Virus record (IMG/VR): IMGVR_UViG_3300025876_000020
Span: 2,845 to 66,844 of that record
Direction: 5' to 3' (one strand)
From: a virus
Length of the DNA stretch: 64,000 nucleotides
The position numbers were made by a program, and so were the translations under genes. Under the pieces are notes generated by a model, which searched no databases, was not told the DNA's origin, and saw nothing but the letters and a program-made list of their open reading frames with translations. Shown in pieces: positions 10,171 through 19,248 of this stretch. Within the stretch, counting starts at the first letter, position 1, and the number at the start of each line of letters is the position of its first letter.

Positions 10171-10818
10171 TTAGTTATGGTGACCCGGTTGATCCGCATC
10201 ATTACGTGGGTCTTCATGAGGTAGGACTGAACCAGCCGGCCCATACTCTTCGTGTAGGCCACCATCCAGCTGTCTGGAAAGATCCTCCCACGCGTCACGC
10301 CTTGTCTTAAACTGAAAACTATCATCTGCCTTATACGCCTCTTTAAATTTAGCATTTGCTTCTTTACGTGCGCCAATAAATGTTAACATATCATTAAGTT
10401 CCTTTACCTCTTCACCCTCTATACCATTAACATCAGCTAGTTTTTGAACTACATTAGCAATAATATTTAACTGTGAGTAGTAGGGATATGACTGTACTAT
10501 AACCATACCAGCCTGTACATCAATATCTTCTTCTAAGATTGTTGTTGGTATGTCTTCTTTAGGTATAATATTACCGGTATCATAATCACCACCGTTCCAT
10601 GCATGTGTCTCGGAATTAAAATTCACTACCCTATATTTATAATGTGTAGATTGGTCAGGTTTGTTAATTGGATTAGACACCATCTCGCTCATAAAAGCAC
10701 CTGACGCTTTGTTAAATACAAGAATTTTCTCGTGGTTATTACTATCTAAAACTGCTTTTAATTTGTCTCCTATATTATCATTCTCAGGATCATATGTAAC
10801 TATTTCTCTTTCTTTCAT
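10171..10818 (-). CDS. Hypothetical protein, possibly a tail-fibre assembly factor
   Basis: 215-aa ORF directly downstream of a fibre gene. YPYYSQLN resembles the YPxxxQL motif of fibre chaperones. Confidence 0.45.
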   Translation of the reverse strand: MKEREIVTYDPENDNIGDKLKAVLDSNNHEKILVFNKASGAFMSEMVSNPINKPDQSTHYKYRVVNFNSETHAWNGGDYDTGNIIPKEDIPTTILEEDIDVQAGMVIVQSYPYYSQLNIIANVVQKLADVNGIEGEEVKELNDMLTFIGARKEANAKFKEAYKADDSFQFKTRRDAWEDLSRQLDGGLHEEYGPAGSVLPHEDPRNDADQPGHHN

Positions 10819-10843
10819 TGTAAAATTAATTTAATATTTAACA

Positions 10844-11866
10844 TTAAGATGCTGAATTCCATCGTTCAACTAGGTTCCATGTTTGATTATCATAGTTAGT
10901 ACCGCTAATTCGATACATAAAAATATAATCTAGATTTCTATAACCAGAACCATTACCCCACGAATAATAGTTATGATACTGACACTGCGCCATCACATAA
11001 TCACCATTCCTTAAATTATCACCATTTACATTCCTAAATTGACTCTTAAGTTTATCAACTTGACCAGCAGTGGGGTTTGAGTTAGTTGGTGTTCTAAATA
11101 AATTATATGCGCTTAAAAAATGTAAAACTCCCTGTCTATCTGGATCCCTCCACTCACAGTGACCATCCGCTCCTACCAATGTTAATATTCTACCCGGTAC
11201 ACCGTACCCAGGAATCTGAAGCCGTAGTGAACCGTTAACATCCAAAGTTTGCCAACCACGAGAATACCCTCTACCAATCGATAGTCCTGTACGGTTAATA
11301 GTAGCTGTTACCTGCCTACCACCAGCACCATCCTGTGTTTCAAAATGTATATAATCATTGCTATATAGCCTTAATGAATCCTGCGTACCTATACGGTAAG
11401 CATCAACACCTACATCTGGAAGACCGTCACCGCTGTCCCTACCCAGTAAAATCGAACCATATACCCTGAAATTTTGATCACTTTGAAAGGCGCCAGCTAT
11501 CTTCCGATTTGAATACCCACCTGTCCATACCTCTAGCCCGTTATTAGGAGTCTTAACAATACGGCAGTCGAAGTCTACGGAGCTATTACCCTTAAAGTCA
11601 ATATAAGGGTCTTTACTCTCAACGTCTACTAGTTCGATAGAGCCTTCATTTGCGTTCAAAAATACTCCTGTATTACTAGCATCTTTAAAGGTAGCGTCAC
11701 CCTTTACCTGTATACTATTAATACCAACACTTAGTGCGGTCTTAGTACCCACACCATCATATAAAGCTTCCGTTATACCGTCCGTTCTTAGCGCCTGCCC
11801 TCTTGCGTGCAAAACACCTTTATACGTGTCACTTATATTTGTATCTGTAAGTTTCTTTGATGCCAT
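10844..11866 (-). CDS. Short tail fibre-like protein
   Basis: The GSIEL...PYIDFK...DFDCRI...NNGL...TGG module is also present three times in 37749..40805. Gly-rich beta repeats. Confidence 0.6.
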   Translation of the reverse strand: MASKKLTDTNISDTYKGVLHARGQALRTDGITEALYDGVGTKTALSVGINSIQVKGDATFKDASNTGVFLNANEGSIELVDVESKDPYIDFKGNSSVDFDCRIVKTPNNGLEVWTGGYSNRKIAGAFQSDQNFRVYGSILLGRDSGDGLPDVGVDAYRIGTQDSLRLYSNDYIHFETQDGAGGRQVTATINRTGLSIGRGYSRGWQTLDVNGSLRLQIPGYGVPGRILTLVGADGHCEWRDPDRQGVLHFLSAYNLFRTPTNSNPTAGQVDKLKSQFRNVNGDNLRNGDYVMAQCQYHNYYSWGNGSGYRNLDYIFMYRISGTNYDNQTWNLVERWNSAS

Positions 11867-11919
11867 ACTCTATTATATTTATTACAGAAGGTACAATTTC
11901 AATCAATTACTTACGACAA

Positions 11920-14241
11920 TTATGGTATAGGTAAAGACTCACTTTCTTGTGGTAATTCACAGTCCATTAATCCCAAACCATCATATAGAGAGTTAGAAAA
12001 TATATGCGACATAATACCATTAGGTTTTGACCACTCCTTATATGTATACGAACTATTAATAGTTGTATTATTATCTTTAAAGTTAATAATAGAATTATCG
12101 ACATCGGTCTTTAAATAGCTACTCTTATAGTAAAACTTATACACATCAAATATTGTACCATCTTTATCCGGTGTTATTGGCCATCCCCAAGTATCATTAT
12201 AATCACTAAGCTGGTAGTATTTAGTATAAGGTGAAAAGATACCATCCATATTATAATCACCCTCTAAACACATATGAAAGTACTCATTTTCAACCAGTAT
12301 AGATGTTGATGTTTCTGTTGTTATAGGTGTACACGTCAAAAATCTAAAGCATGTTGTTAACGTATCTGACCCTTTAGGTATATCAAAGTAAAATGTTTTA
12401 AGTTGAGGTGGCTGACTCGCACTTAACGGTAGGTTTGAGTTGAGAGTTGTCCATCTACCACTATATTTCTCGAAAGCTACAATATTTTGATTTTCAAAAA
12501 CCGGCCCGTCTTCAGGGATAGGACTACACCTATCTAAACCGTAAAAGTCGTCCTGCATATAACCGAAAGAGTTAAAGTCCTCCCTATTTTGGTTAATATT
12601 ACCGAATAGTCTAGACTGACTTATTGACAGTAGGTCCATAAGTCTTTTAATTTTAGGCGGTAATGAGTATGTGTTTATTCTAGGTAGATTTACAGTATAT
12701 AATATAGATGCTAGCTGGTCAATATTACAGTAATCTATAACAGTGTTATTATTAGTAAAGTTCTGTATCTTTTCATATGTACTCTTACCTATTGAATCTT
12801 GAGCTGAATCAATATTACCAAATATACCACCTAAGAAGTCGTTTAGTAATATTTTAGTATCATCAAATAATGGCTGCTTAGCAATATCGCTAAAAACATC
12901 ACTAAAGTTAACATCTTCACCGTATTTAGCTACAATATAATAATCTTTAGGAAATACGCTAAATGTATTACTTTGACCTGTTATAGTCGTACCGTTAACT
13001 GTAGTTGTAGCAGATATATATACGTCCTCAATTACTTCATCAGTATCTATATAAAAATACCCCTTAAAGAAACCACCGGCATAGCCAGCATAAGAATCAC
13101 CAGCTACCAAAGAACTAGATAGATCGTTAAAATCGGAGTAGAAGTTAGCATCGTATGTTGATACACCATCTGTTAACGTTATGTCTACTTGCAAGTGATC
13201 ACTATCTGGATGTGGAGATATGTCCATTATAGGCAGCGACTTATTCGTGAATCTTTCGTTATCTTTTAGTTTAATAACAAAAGAAGACTTAACACAAGAG
13301 AATTTAACAGGGTTAATATCAAAAGCATCTAAGATAATATCATCACCATCAATACCGTTTGAAGTTATAGTCATCTCTTCAACATCCAGGTTCTCTGCTA
13401 TGGTGGCGCTTACACCGTAGTCCGTTGTGTTTGTAAATTCACCTATAGACCCTTGCTCAAAACCAAATAGTAAATTAAAATCACCAGGTATATCGCTTCT
13501 AAAGTATATGTCGTTCTTACTTGATAGACCTGCTTTAGTAGATGTATTATTAATAGGCTCAATAGATGTTACTAGCTCTTCATCTATTATTGTAACGTAT
13601 ATACTATCTTGGGTTGATATATTTACTGAACTGACTTGTAGGTTTTCTGTACCGTTAATTTTCTGTATAAAAGTATAAGATGGTAATAGGTGACCATAAG
13701 TCCGGTTAACACTCCCAGTTAAAAAGTAATCATAATCCTGATTAAAGGTAAGAGGTTCTGCGTAACATAGCAACTTAGGAGTATCACCACCGTTTTCATT
13801 AATGGCTCTAATGGAGTTATACTGTACTAATGTAATTGGATTTTTAACTTCACCGGTTAAATGTAGTATATCTTCTGACGTTGATATTTTAACACTATCT
13901 GAGATATAATCATACACATCTACTTCAACAGAAAACGTATTGTAATAACCATTACCTAAATTATCGTAAATGTATGATCTAACCTTATATGTACCAGGCT
14001 TGGTGTATGCATGTACTCCTGTTATAGCCTCCGACTTTGTACCATCACCATAATCCCAGACAATTCTCTTATCTGAAAATTCTGGCGGCCACTGCTCACC
14101 AACCGCAGGTCTAAACGTCATTGGGTAGTTGTCTAGAGCATACCCGGTTAAAGTCTCTTGGTTTGTAGCACCAGCTACTGTATAGTAAAAGGTATACTCA
14201 AACTTTACTTCACCAGATGAGTCTAATTCATTTTCCGCCAT
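11920..14241 (-). CDS. Baseplate wedge-like protein with N-terminal PKD domain
   Basis: PKD motif WDYGDG...HAYTKPGTYKV. Lies immediately downstream of gp6, with a perfect TATAAATA 5 nt upstream. Confidence 0.6.
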   Translation of the reverse strand: MAENELDSSGEVKFEYTFYYTVAGATNQETLTGYALDNYPMTFRPAVGEQWPPEFSDKRIVWDYGDGTKSEAITGVHAYTKPGTYKVRSYIYDNLGNGYYNTFSVEVDVYDYISDSVKISTSEDILHLTGEVKNPITLVQYNSIRAINENGGDTPKLLCYAEPLTFNQDYDYFLTGSVNRTYGHLLPSYTFIQKINGTENLQVSSVNISTQDSIYVTIIDEELVTSIEPINNTSTKAGLSSKNDIYFRSDIPGDFNLLFGFEQGSIGEFTNTTDYGVSATIAENLDVEEMTITSNGIDGDDIILDAFDINPVKFSCVKSSFVIKLKDNERFTNKSLPIMDISPHPDSDHLQVDITLTDGVSTYDANFYSDFNDLSSSLVAGDSYAGYAGGFFKGYFYIDTDEVIEDVYISATTTVNGTTITGQSNTFSVFPKDYYIVAKYGEDVNFSDVFSDIAKQPLFDDTKILLNDFLGGIFGNIDSAQDSIGKSTYEKIQNFTNNNTVIDYCNIDQLASILYTVNLPRINTYSLPPKIKRLMDLLSISQSRLFGNINQNREDFNSFGYMQDDFYGLDRCSPIPEDGPVFENQNIVAFEKYSGRWTTLNSNLPLSASQPPQLKTFYFDIPKGSDTLTTCFRFLTCTPITTETSTSILVENEYFHMCLEGDYNMDGIFSPYTKYYQLSDYNDTWGWPITPDKDGTIFDVYKFYYKSSYLKTDVDNSIINFKDNNTTINSSYTYKEWSKPNGIMSHIFSNSLYDGLGLMDCELPQESESLPIP

Positions 14242-14246
14242 ATACT

Positions 14247-14254
14247 TATTTATA
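14247..14254 (-). promoter_or_regulatory. T4-type late promoter TATAAATA
   Basis: Exact gp55-type consensus, 5 nt before the ATG at 14241. Confidence 0.8.
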
Positions 14255-14255
14255 A

Positions 14256-16082
14256 TTAAACTCTACGTATGCTTAGTTTATTAAGAATGTTTGAAATATC
14301 ATAAAAATAAGCATACTCAAAATCCTTTAACTTATAATCCCTAGCCAATACCGTACTATCAATATTTCTATAATCAGGATTCCAAATTACAAAACTCAAG
14401 TTGGGTGTAACATTATTACCGTTAACTGTCTCTAATCCCTCAACCCCATCAATGTTTAAAATATCACGTGTTATTGCGGCAACATCAATAACATCACCTA
14501 ACTGTACGTCCTTGAAGTAGGATTCAATAATTTTAGATACTCTGCTTTTAATAGAAGTGTCGTTAATTGCAACATTCCGATCAACTGTAACTCTAAGCTT
14601 AGAATTAGTAATAACACTATCAACCGTGCTAGTATTGTTAATCTCACCTACACCAAAACTAAACGCTTTAAAAATAGGGTCTGATACAACTACGTTATGA
14701 GTTATGTCTTTTTTAACATTACAGAAGTTAATGATCGATCTCTTCTGACCTTCGTTTAAGTAGTTCGGAATTTTATCATCTATAATAGCCTCATTAGATC
14801 TAACTGCATAAACGTATATATTATTAAAGTTAGTCGATGTAGAGAAGTTGACTTGAGATAATAACGTCCTAGCATCATCTATACCTCGTTTAACACCTAT
14901 ATTATTAAAGTAAAATAATACTTGTGACGTATAATCCTCATTAGATAATACTTTAACCGGTTTTGCAATGTTACCGAAGTTACGTGTTATTTGTGCGGCA
15001 TAATCTGCCTTAGTAACTAATCTATCCTGCGTTGAAAATATACCTGGAGCGTTCTGCTTTATTTCTTCAACGGACTCAGCAGCTTTAATAGGTGTCGAGC
15101 TGTGTTTATTACTCACACTCAGGTTTTCAATTGTAGTTGGTGTAATAAGATTCTGTTCTGTATACAATTCATTTAACACCCCGTCAAAATCTGGTGATGT
15201 ATATAATCCAAAACTCTTACCACTAGTAGCACCTGCACCTACAACAGCAGACTCATTATCTGATTCTAAGTAAAACACTACCACTCTATCATTACCATTT
15301 AATGTTTGCCCGTTATTACCATCACCAAACTTAAACTCGTAGTTACCCTCAGAGTTAAACCGCTTTTCATACTTCTTATTGGTAGGATTCTCTAAATATA
15401 GTGATGCAGTCTCGGTCCACTCTGACCACCTACCCGTAAGACTATTACGTACATATATAGAAAAGGTATTATCTGCTACAAATTTTTCATCACTTACAGA
15501 TCTAGCAGATTTAATCACCTGACTTGAAGTGTAAGTATCTATTAGGGTGATCGTTTCATATTCCTCACCGTTTGCAGTGAAAATAGCCTCTTTAAGAGAG
15601 CCTTGATGTAAACTGTTGTAGTTTAATTGTAAAAGCTCTGTAGAGTTATCTGTTACCTTTTCAAATGTAATATCCTCTAAAGAGTAGTACGATACACCAC
15701 CAACATTAATATTACAAAATTTAGGTAATGTATATACGTCAGATAATATATTATCGGCTGTAATATCTACGGCTAAAATTGATGTTTGATCACCTAATGG
15801 CTTATACCCAATATTAGAAACCAACTTATTCATGTTCTCATATATTGTAGCTGTGGTTAAGGTACTCTCATTGGACGTAGTGTTTAGGTAGAATAAAAGC
15901 ACGTGATACATATACGCGACAACATCAATAACTGCGTTGAAGTTTGAACCCTCAAAGTTTTGATCTGTAAATACTTCATTTTCGTTTAAACGATCAATAA
16001 TTAGGTTTTTAAGTGAGTTTGCATCGAAACTCAAATAAGCGTCTTTCGGTAGTTTAAAGTCTGTAAATTTTTCTAAGCTCAT
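14256..16082 (-). CDS. gp6: Baseplate wedge subunit gp6-like
   Basis: FTDQNFEGSN..VIDVVAY...NES.L.TA, FKFGDG..G, and ESVEEIKQNAP..FSTQDRLVTKADY are gp6/baseplate-J hallmarks. Confidence 0.9.
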   Translation of the reverse strand: MSLEKFTDFKLPKDAYLSFDANSLKNLIIDRLNENEVFTDQNFEGSNFNAVIDVVAYMYHVLLFYLNTTSNESTLTTATIYENMNKLVSNIGYKPLGDQTSILAVDITADNILSDVYTLPKFCNINVGGVSYYSLEDITFEKVTDNSTELLQLNYNSLHQGSLKEAIFTANGEEYETITLIDTYTSSQVIKSARSVSDEKFVADNTFSIYVRNSLTGRWSEWTETASLYLENPTNKKYEKRFNSEGNYEFKFGDGNNGQTLNGNDRVVVFYLESDNESAVVGAGATSGKSFGLYTSPDFDGVLNELYTEQNLITPTTIENLSVSNKHSSTPIKAAESVEEIKQNAPGIFSTQDRLVTKADYAAQITRNFGNIAKPVKVLSNEDYTSQVLFYFNNIGVKRGIDDARTLLSQVNFSTSTNFNNIYVYAVRSNEAIIDDKIPNYLNEGQKRSIINFCNVKKDITHNVVVSDPIFKAFSFGVGEINNTSTVDSVITNSKLRVTVDRNVAINDTSIKSRVSKIIESYFKDVQLGDVIDVAAITRDILNIDGVEGLETVNGNNVTPNLSFVIWNPDYRNIDSTVLARDYKLKDFEYAYFYDISNILNKLSIRRV

Positions 16083-16561
16083 ACTATTATATATCCATCT
16101 CTATTTAATGTTGTTTTTAAGGAGAGACTATAAATCTCTAAAAGGGGTATTGAAAATATTATATCAATACTAAACTCTAACTGATCAGGTGATCCTGTTA
16201 CCGTTACATTTTCAACCGTTACTCTTGGCTCTTGTGCTCCAAGCTGGTAGTATATGTCAGTAGCTAAAAAGTATGACGTTGTTGTATTGATCGGTTCAAA
16301 AAGATACTTCTTAATATCCAACCCAAACGTTGGATTTAACAACTTTTCACCAGGAGCTGTTGTTAATATGTTTTTAATCGATGTTATAACAGCATTTGCA
16401 TCCTGTAGCTCACTTAAGTCTCGTGGCTGTGGTTCGGAGTATAGCTCCGATCTTACAAACTTTGAGGCATCAAGGTCCAGTTTTAAGTCTTTAAAAATAA
16501 AGCCTCTTCTAATAGCATTATCTAGAGAGGTTGGTCTCTTTAATGAATCTATTTTAATCAC
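16079..16561 (-). CDS. gp25: Baseplate wedge subunit gp25-like
   Basis: SIKNILTTAPGEKLLNPTFG...YLFEP...EPRV is the GPW/gp25 family signature. It is coupled to gp6. Confidence 0.9.
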   Translation of the reverse strand: MIKIDSLKRPTSLDNAIRRGFIFKDLKLDLDASKFVRSELYSEPQPRDLSELQDANAVITSIKNILTTAPGEKLLNPTFGLDIKKYLFEPINTTTSYFLATDIYYQLGAQEPRVTVENVTVTGSPDQLEFSIDIIFSIPLLEIYSLSLKTTLNRDGYIIV

Positions 16562-16678
16562 AACTATATTTATTCCTTGTTACACTTTACAACAAGTTTT
16601 ATCTCTAACATTATTATGTTATATACATAAAGTCATAACTTTCCATATAAATCTCAACAAACTGACATAAATAATGTT

Positions 16679-17269
16679 ATGGCTAAGCAAAAGAGATTTA
16701 TTCCACTATTCGAATCCTACATGAAAAGATTCGAAAGAGGTGGTTTTTTAGTAGGTGACATTTTTGAGTTTGATGATAAGTTTAAAAGTCATGATGAATA
16801 TAAGGCTTTAGGCCAAAACATTAAGGATATGCTCGACGAAATGATTGAGTCTGGTCTCCTTATTCGTGTTGTAGGTATTAAGGATGAGTCGCCACAAAGA
16901 TACCCTGCTAACAGTGACGGTGGTTCACTTTCACCTGTACTGAATATTGCACTTGATAATACAGGTGGTAGAATTACACATCGTTGCTCTATTCCCTGTT
17001 GTTTAGGTCAGCCCGGTGAATCAGCATATCCCGGCTTAGATCCTATTCCAGATAGCTTATATCGTAAGGATAAGGTTAATATTAAGCCAGAAGAACTAGC
17101 CGAAGACGAGGAAAACCTTTCTAATAAGACAGATATAGGTGACGGTGAGCTTAGCCAAACACAAATAAAGCTACCTACACAAAACACTCAGATTCCTTCT
17201 AGTGCTGCAACTCCATCGATGGAAGTTAATGCATACACGAAGGATTACCTGAGTGGGTTAAAGGGCTAA
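16679..17269 (+). CDS. Hypothetical late protein, possibly an internal head protein
   Basis: 196-aa ORF preceded by CATAAATA-N5-ATG. N-terminus KRFIPLFESY. Confidence 0.6.
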   Translation: MAKQKRFIPLFESYMKRFERGGFLVGDIFEFDDKFKSHDEYKALGQNIKDMLDEMIESGLLIRVVGIKDESPQRYPANSDGGSLSPVLNIALDNTGGRITHRCSIPCCLGQPGESAYPGLDPIPDSLYRKDKVNIKPEELAEDEENLSNKTDIGDGELSQTQIKLPTQNTQIPSSAATPSMEVNAYTKDYLSGLKG

Positions 17270-18189
17270 TAAGCTTTTTCTAGATTTACCCAACAAGCAA
17301 ACGCGTTAATTTCCTTATCCAGGACTAACGCGCTTTTATAGAGATGATCAGCTAATATAGTGATCATCTCTTTCTTTTTCATATCATCCATAGGCTGCTC
17401 GTATAGATGATCTAGAAAGTTAGCCATAAGTGTATCATAGTCACCTTGAAATCTATCTTCACTCTCAATTAAGTGCTTTCTTAGTTCTAATGACTTACCG
17501 GTAGTTATCTTTTCGAAGATCGACTTAAGTAAAGCTTCATCCGCAGCACTATTTGTAATATGCAGCTCAGAGTTAATTACACTCTTCTGCAACTCGTTAA
17601 TAGTCTTACGAAGATCAGGGAAGTACCTCTTAACGAGCATTACAAACTCTTTCTTCTGTACATCTGATACTACTACCTCTTCTTGTTGTAGAATACTATA
17701 ACACCTCTTAACAGCCTGATCAATTACAGGCTTCAGATCAAGTGATTGACACCTTGATTGCAGGGCAGGAATGATCTTATGCTTGTAATTTGCAGTAAGA
17801 ATAAAGCGGCAGTACTTAGCGTACGTCTCCATAGTATTACGCAATGCTCCCTGTGCCTGAGAGGTTAGACCGTCAGCCTCATCTAGTATTACCACTTTAA
17901 CGCCACCGTCGAATGACTTGGTCTGAGCAAAGTTAGTGATATTGTGTCTGATGGTGTCAATACCTGACTCATCTGACGCGTTAATGTAAAGATAATTACA
18001 TCCTAGTATATCATTAACAATAATCCTAGCTAAGGTCGTCTTACCTGTACCTGGATTACCGGTGAATAGTAAGTTAGGTATTTCATCCTTAAACTGACTA
18101 ACAACTCGAAGAGATTGTTCATCTAATATAAGATCATCAAGTTTTGTCGGTCTATACTTCTCGACCCATATTTTATCAAATTCAATCAT
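17266..18189 (-). CDS. gp44: Sliding-clamp loader AAA+ subunit (gp44 / RFC-small-like)
   Basis: WVEKYRP, Walker A GNPGTGKT, NASDESGID, Walker B ILDEAD and the SRC motif (LQSRC). Confidence 0.93.
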   Translation of the reverse strand: MIEFDKIWVEKYRPTKLDDLILDEQSLRVVSQFKDEIPNLLFTGNPGTGKTTLARIIVNDILGCNYLYINASDESGIDTIRHNITNFAQTKSFDGGVKVVILDEADGLTSQAQGALRNTMETYAKYCRFILTANYKHKIIPALQSRCQSLDLKPVIDQAVKRCYSILQQEEVVVSDVQKKEFVMLVKRYFPDLRKTINELQKSVINSELHITNSAADEALLKSIFEKITTGKSLELRKHLIESEDRFQGDYDTLMANFLDHLYEQPMDDMKKKEMITILADHLYKSALVLDKEINAFACWVNLEKAY

Positions 18190-18305
18190 TATCGCTTTTT
18201 ACGTTTTTTCTTAGTAGGTTTACTTACAGACACTGTAACGGTCTTTCTAATCTTAGTTTTACCTACTTTTCGCTCAGTTACCTTTGTTCTTCTTGTTGTA
18301 GCCAT
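18189..18305 (-). CDS. Unannotated 38-aa highly basic peptide MATTRRTKVTERKVGKTKIRKTVTVSVSKPTKKKRKKR
   Basis: It fills the gap between dUTPase and the clamp loader. It has its own TAAATA-N5-ATG, and its TAA overlaps the clamp-loader ATG. Confidence 0.7.
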   Translation of the reverse strand: MATTRRTKVTERKVGKTKIRKTVTVSVSKPTKKKRKKR

Positions 18306-18309
18306 ATCT

Positions 18310-18732
18310 TTATTTACCTGAGGATCCAAATCCTTTATCACCTCTATCTGATTGTACGACTGTTCCTTCTGTTACATTAACAGGATGATTACTATATACA
18401 ACAAACTGTGCGATTCTATCACCAACCTTAACCTCGTAATCTTTATCAGTTAAGTTATAAAGCTTTACACCTGCATCCCCACGATAACCTTCATCAATAA
18501 TACCAGGATGAGGCATAATACCATGCTTGAACCCAAGTCCAGATCTACCTTCGATCTTAACCCAAAATCCAGGCTCAATAAAGCTAAACTTAAGTCCTAC
18601 ATCTACAACTGCTGAACCTTTTGCAGGGATTGTTACATCAACAACCGACGTTACATCTAGACCAGTATCGTTATCATGATTCTTACCTGGAAGCACTGCA
18701 TTACTATTTGTTTTCTCAAATCTTAATTCCAT
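18310..18732 (-). CDS. dut: Trimeric dUTPase
   Basis: Motifs GLDV, GRSGL, GIIDEGYRG, RIAQ and RGDKGFGSSG. The start was moved to MELRF (18732), downstream of a TTGACT-N16-TATTAT promoter. Confidence 0.95.
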   Translation of the reverse strand: MELRFEKTNSNAVLPGKNHDNDTGLDVTSVVDVTIPAKGSAVVDVGLKFSFIEPGFWVKIEGRSGLGFKHGIMPHPGIIDEGYRGDAGVKLYNLTDKDYEVKVGDRIAQFVVYSNHPVNVTEGTVVQSDRGDKGFGSSGK

Positions 18733-18740
18733 ATATACAT

Positions 18741-18768
18741 ATAATAGCATATAAATGGAAAAAGTCAA
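18741..18768 (-). promoter_or_regulatory. Sigma70-type promoter for dUTPase
   Basis: TTGACT-N16-TATTAT with TGn extension, 8 nt before the ATG. Confidence 0.55.
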
Positions 18769-18788
18769 CTAAGAGATTAAATATGTAT

Positions 18789-19244
18789 ATGAGTGAAATC
18801 GATGATGCTGTGGATGATATTTTATCACAAATCAAAGACCATAAAAGCACTACCCCGGAGATTAAGAGGGTGGAGGAGGATTTTGATGCTGATAAGCTGG
18901 AAGCGTTTATTCTTAATAAGACTAGCGCGCTAGTTAACACCTCTATTGATATGGTTGAAGATGTAAAGGACTACATTTCCTCAGCTCCAGAGAATAGAGA
19001 TGTAGCAGCTATAGCTGAATTAATTAGGGCGTCTACTGGAGCTATTGATACACTTAATAAACTACATGCCGCTAAAGAAGGTAATAAGTCTAGGATGGAA
19101 ATAAAGCAAATAGACATTCAAGCAAAGGAGAGAATGAATATAGCTGATAATCAGACTAAGGTACTACTCTCTAGAGACGATATTATGAAGGCACTAATGG
19201 ATGATAGTGGTGATGATACGTTAGATAACACAGTTGATGTATAA
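18789..19244 (+). CDS. Probable terminase small subunit (gp16-like)
   Basis: Helical SSAPENRDVAAIAELIRASTGAIDTLNKLH resembles the T4-like gp16 core. TAAATA lies 5 nt before the ATG at 18789. Confidence 0.55.
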   Translation: MSEIDDAVDDILSQIKDHKSTTPEIKRVEEDFDADKLEAFILNKTSALVNTSIDMVEDVKDYISSAPENRDVAAIAELIRASTGAIDTLNKLHAAKEGNKSRMEIKQIDIQAKERMNIADNQTKVLLSRDDIMKALMDDSGDDTLDNTVDV

Positions 19245-19248
19245 CAAC

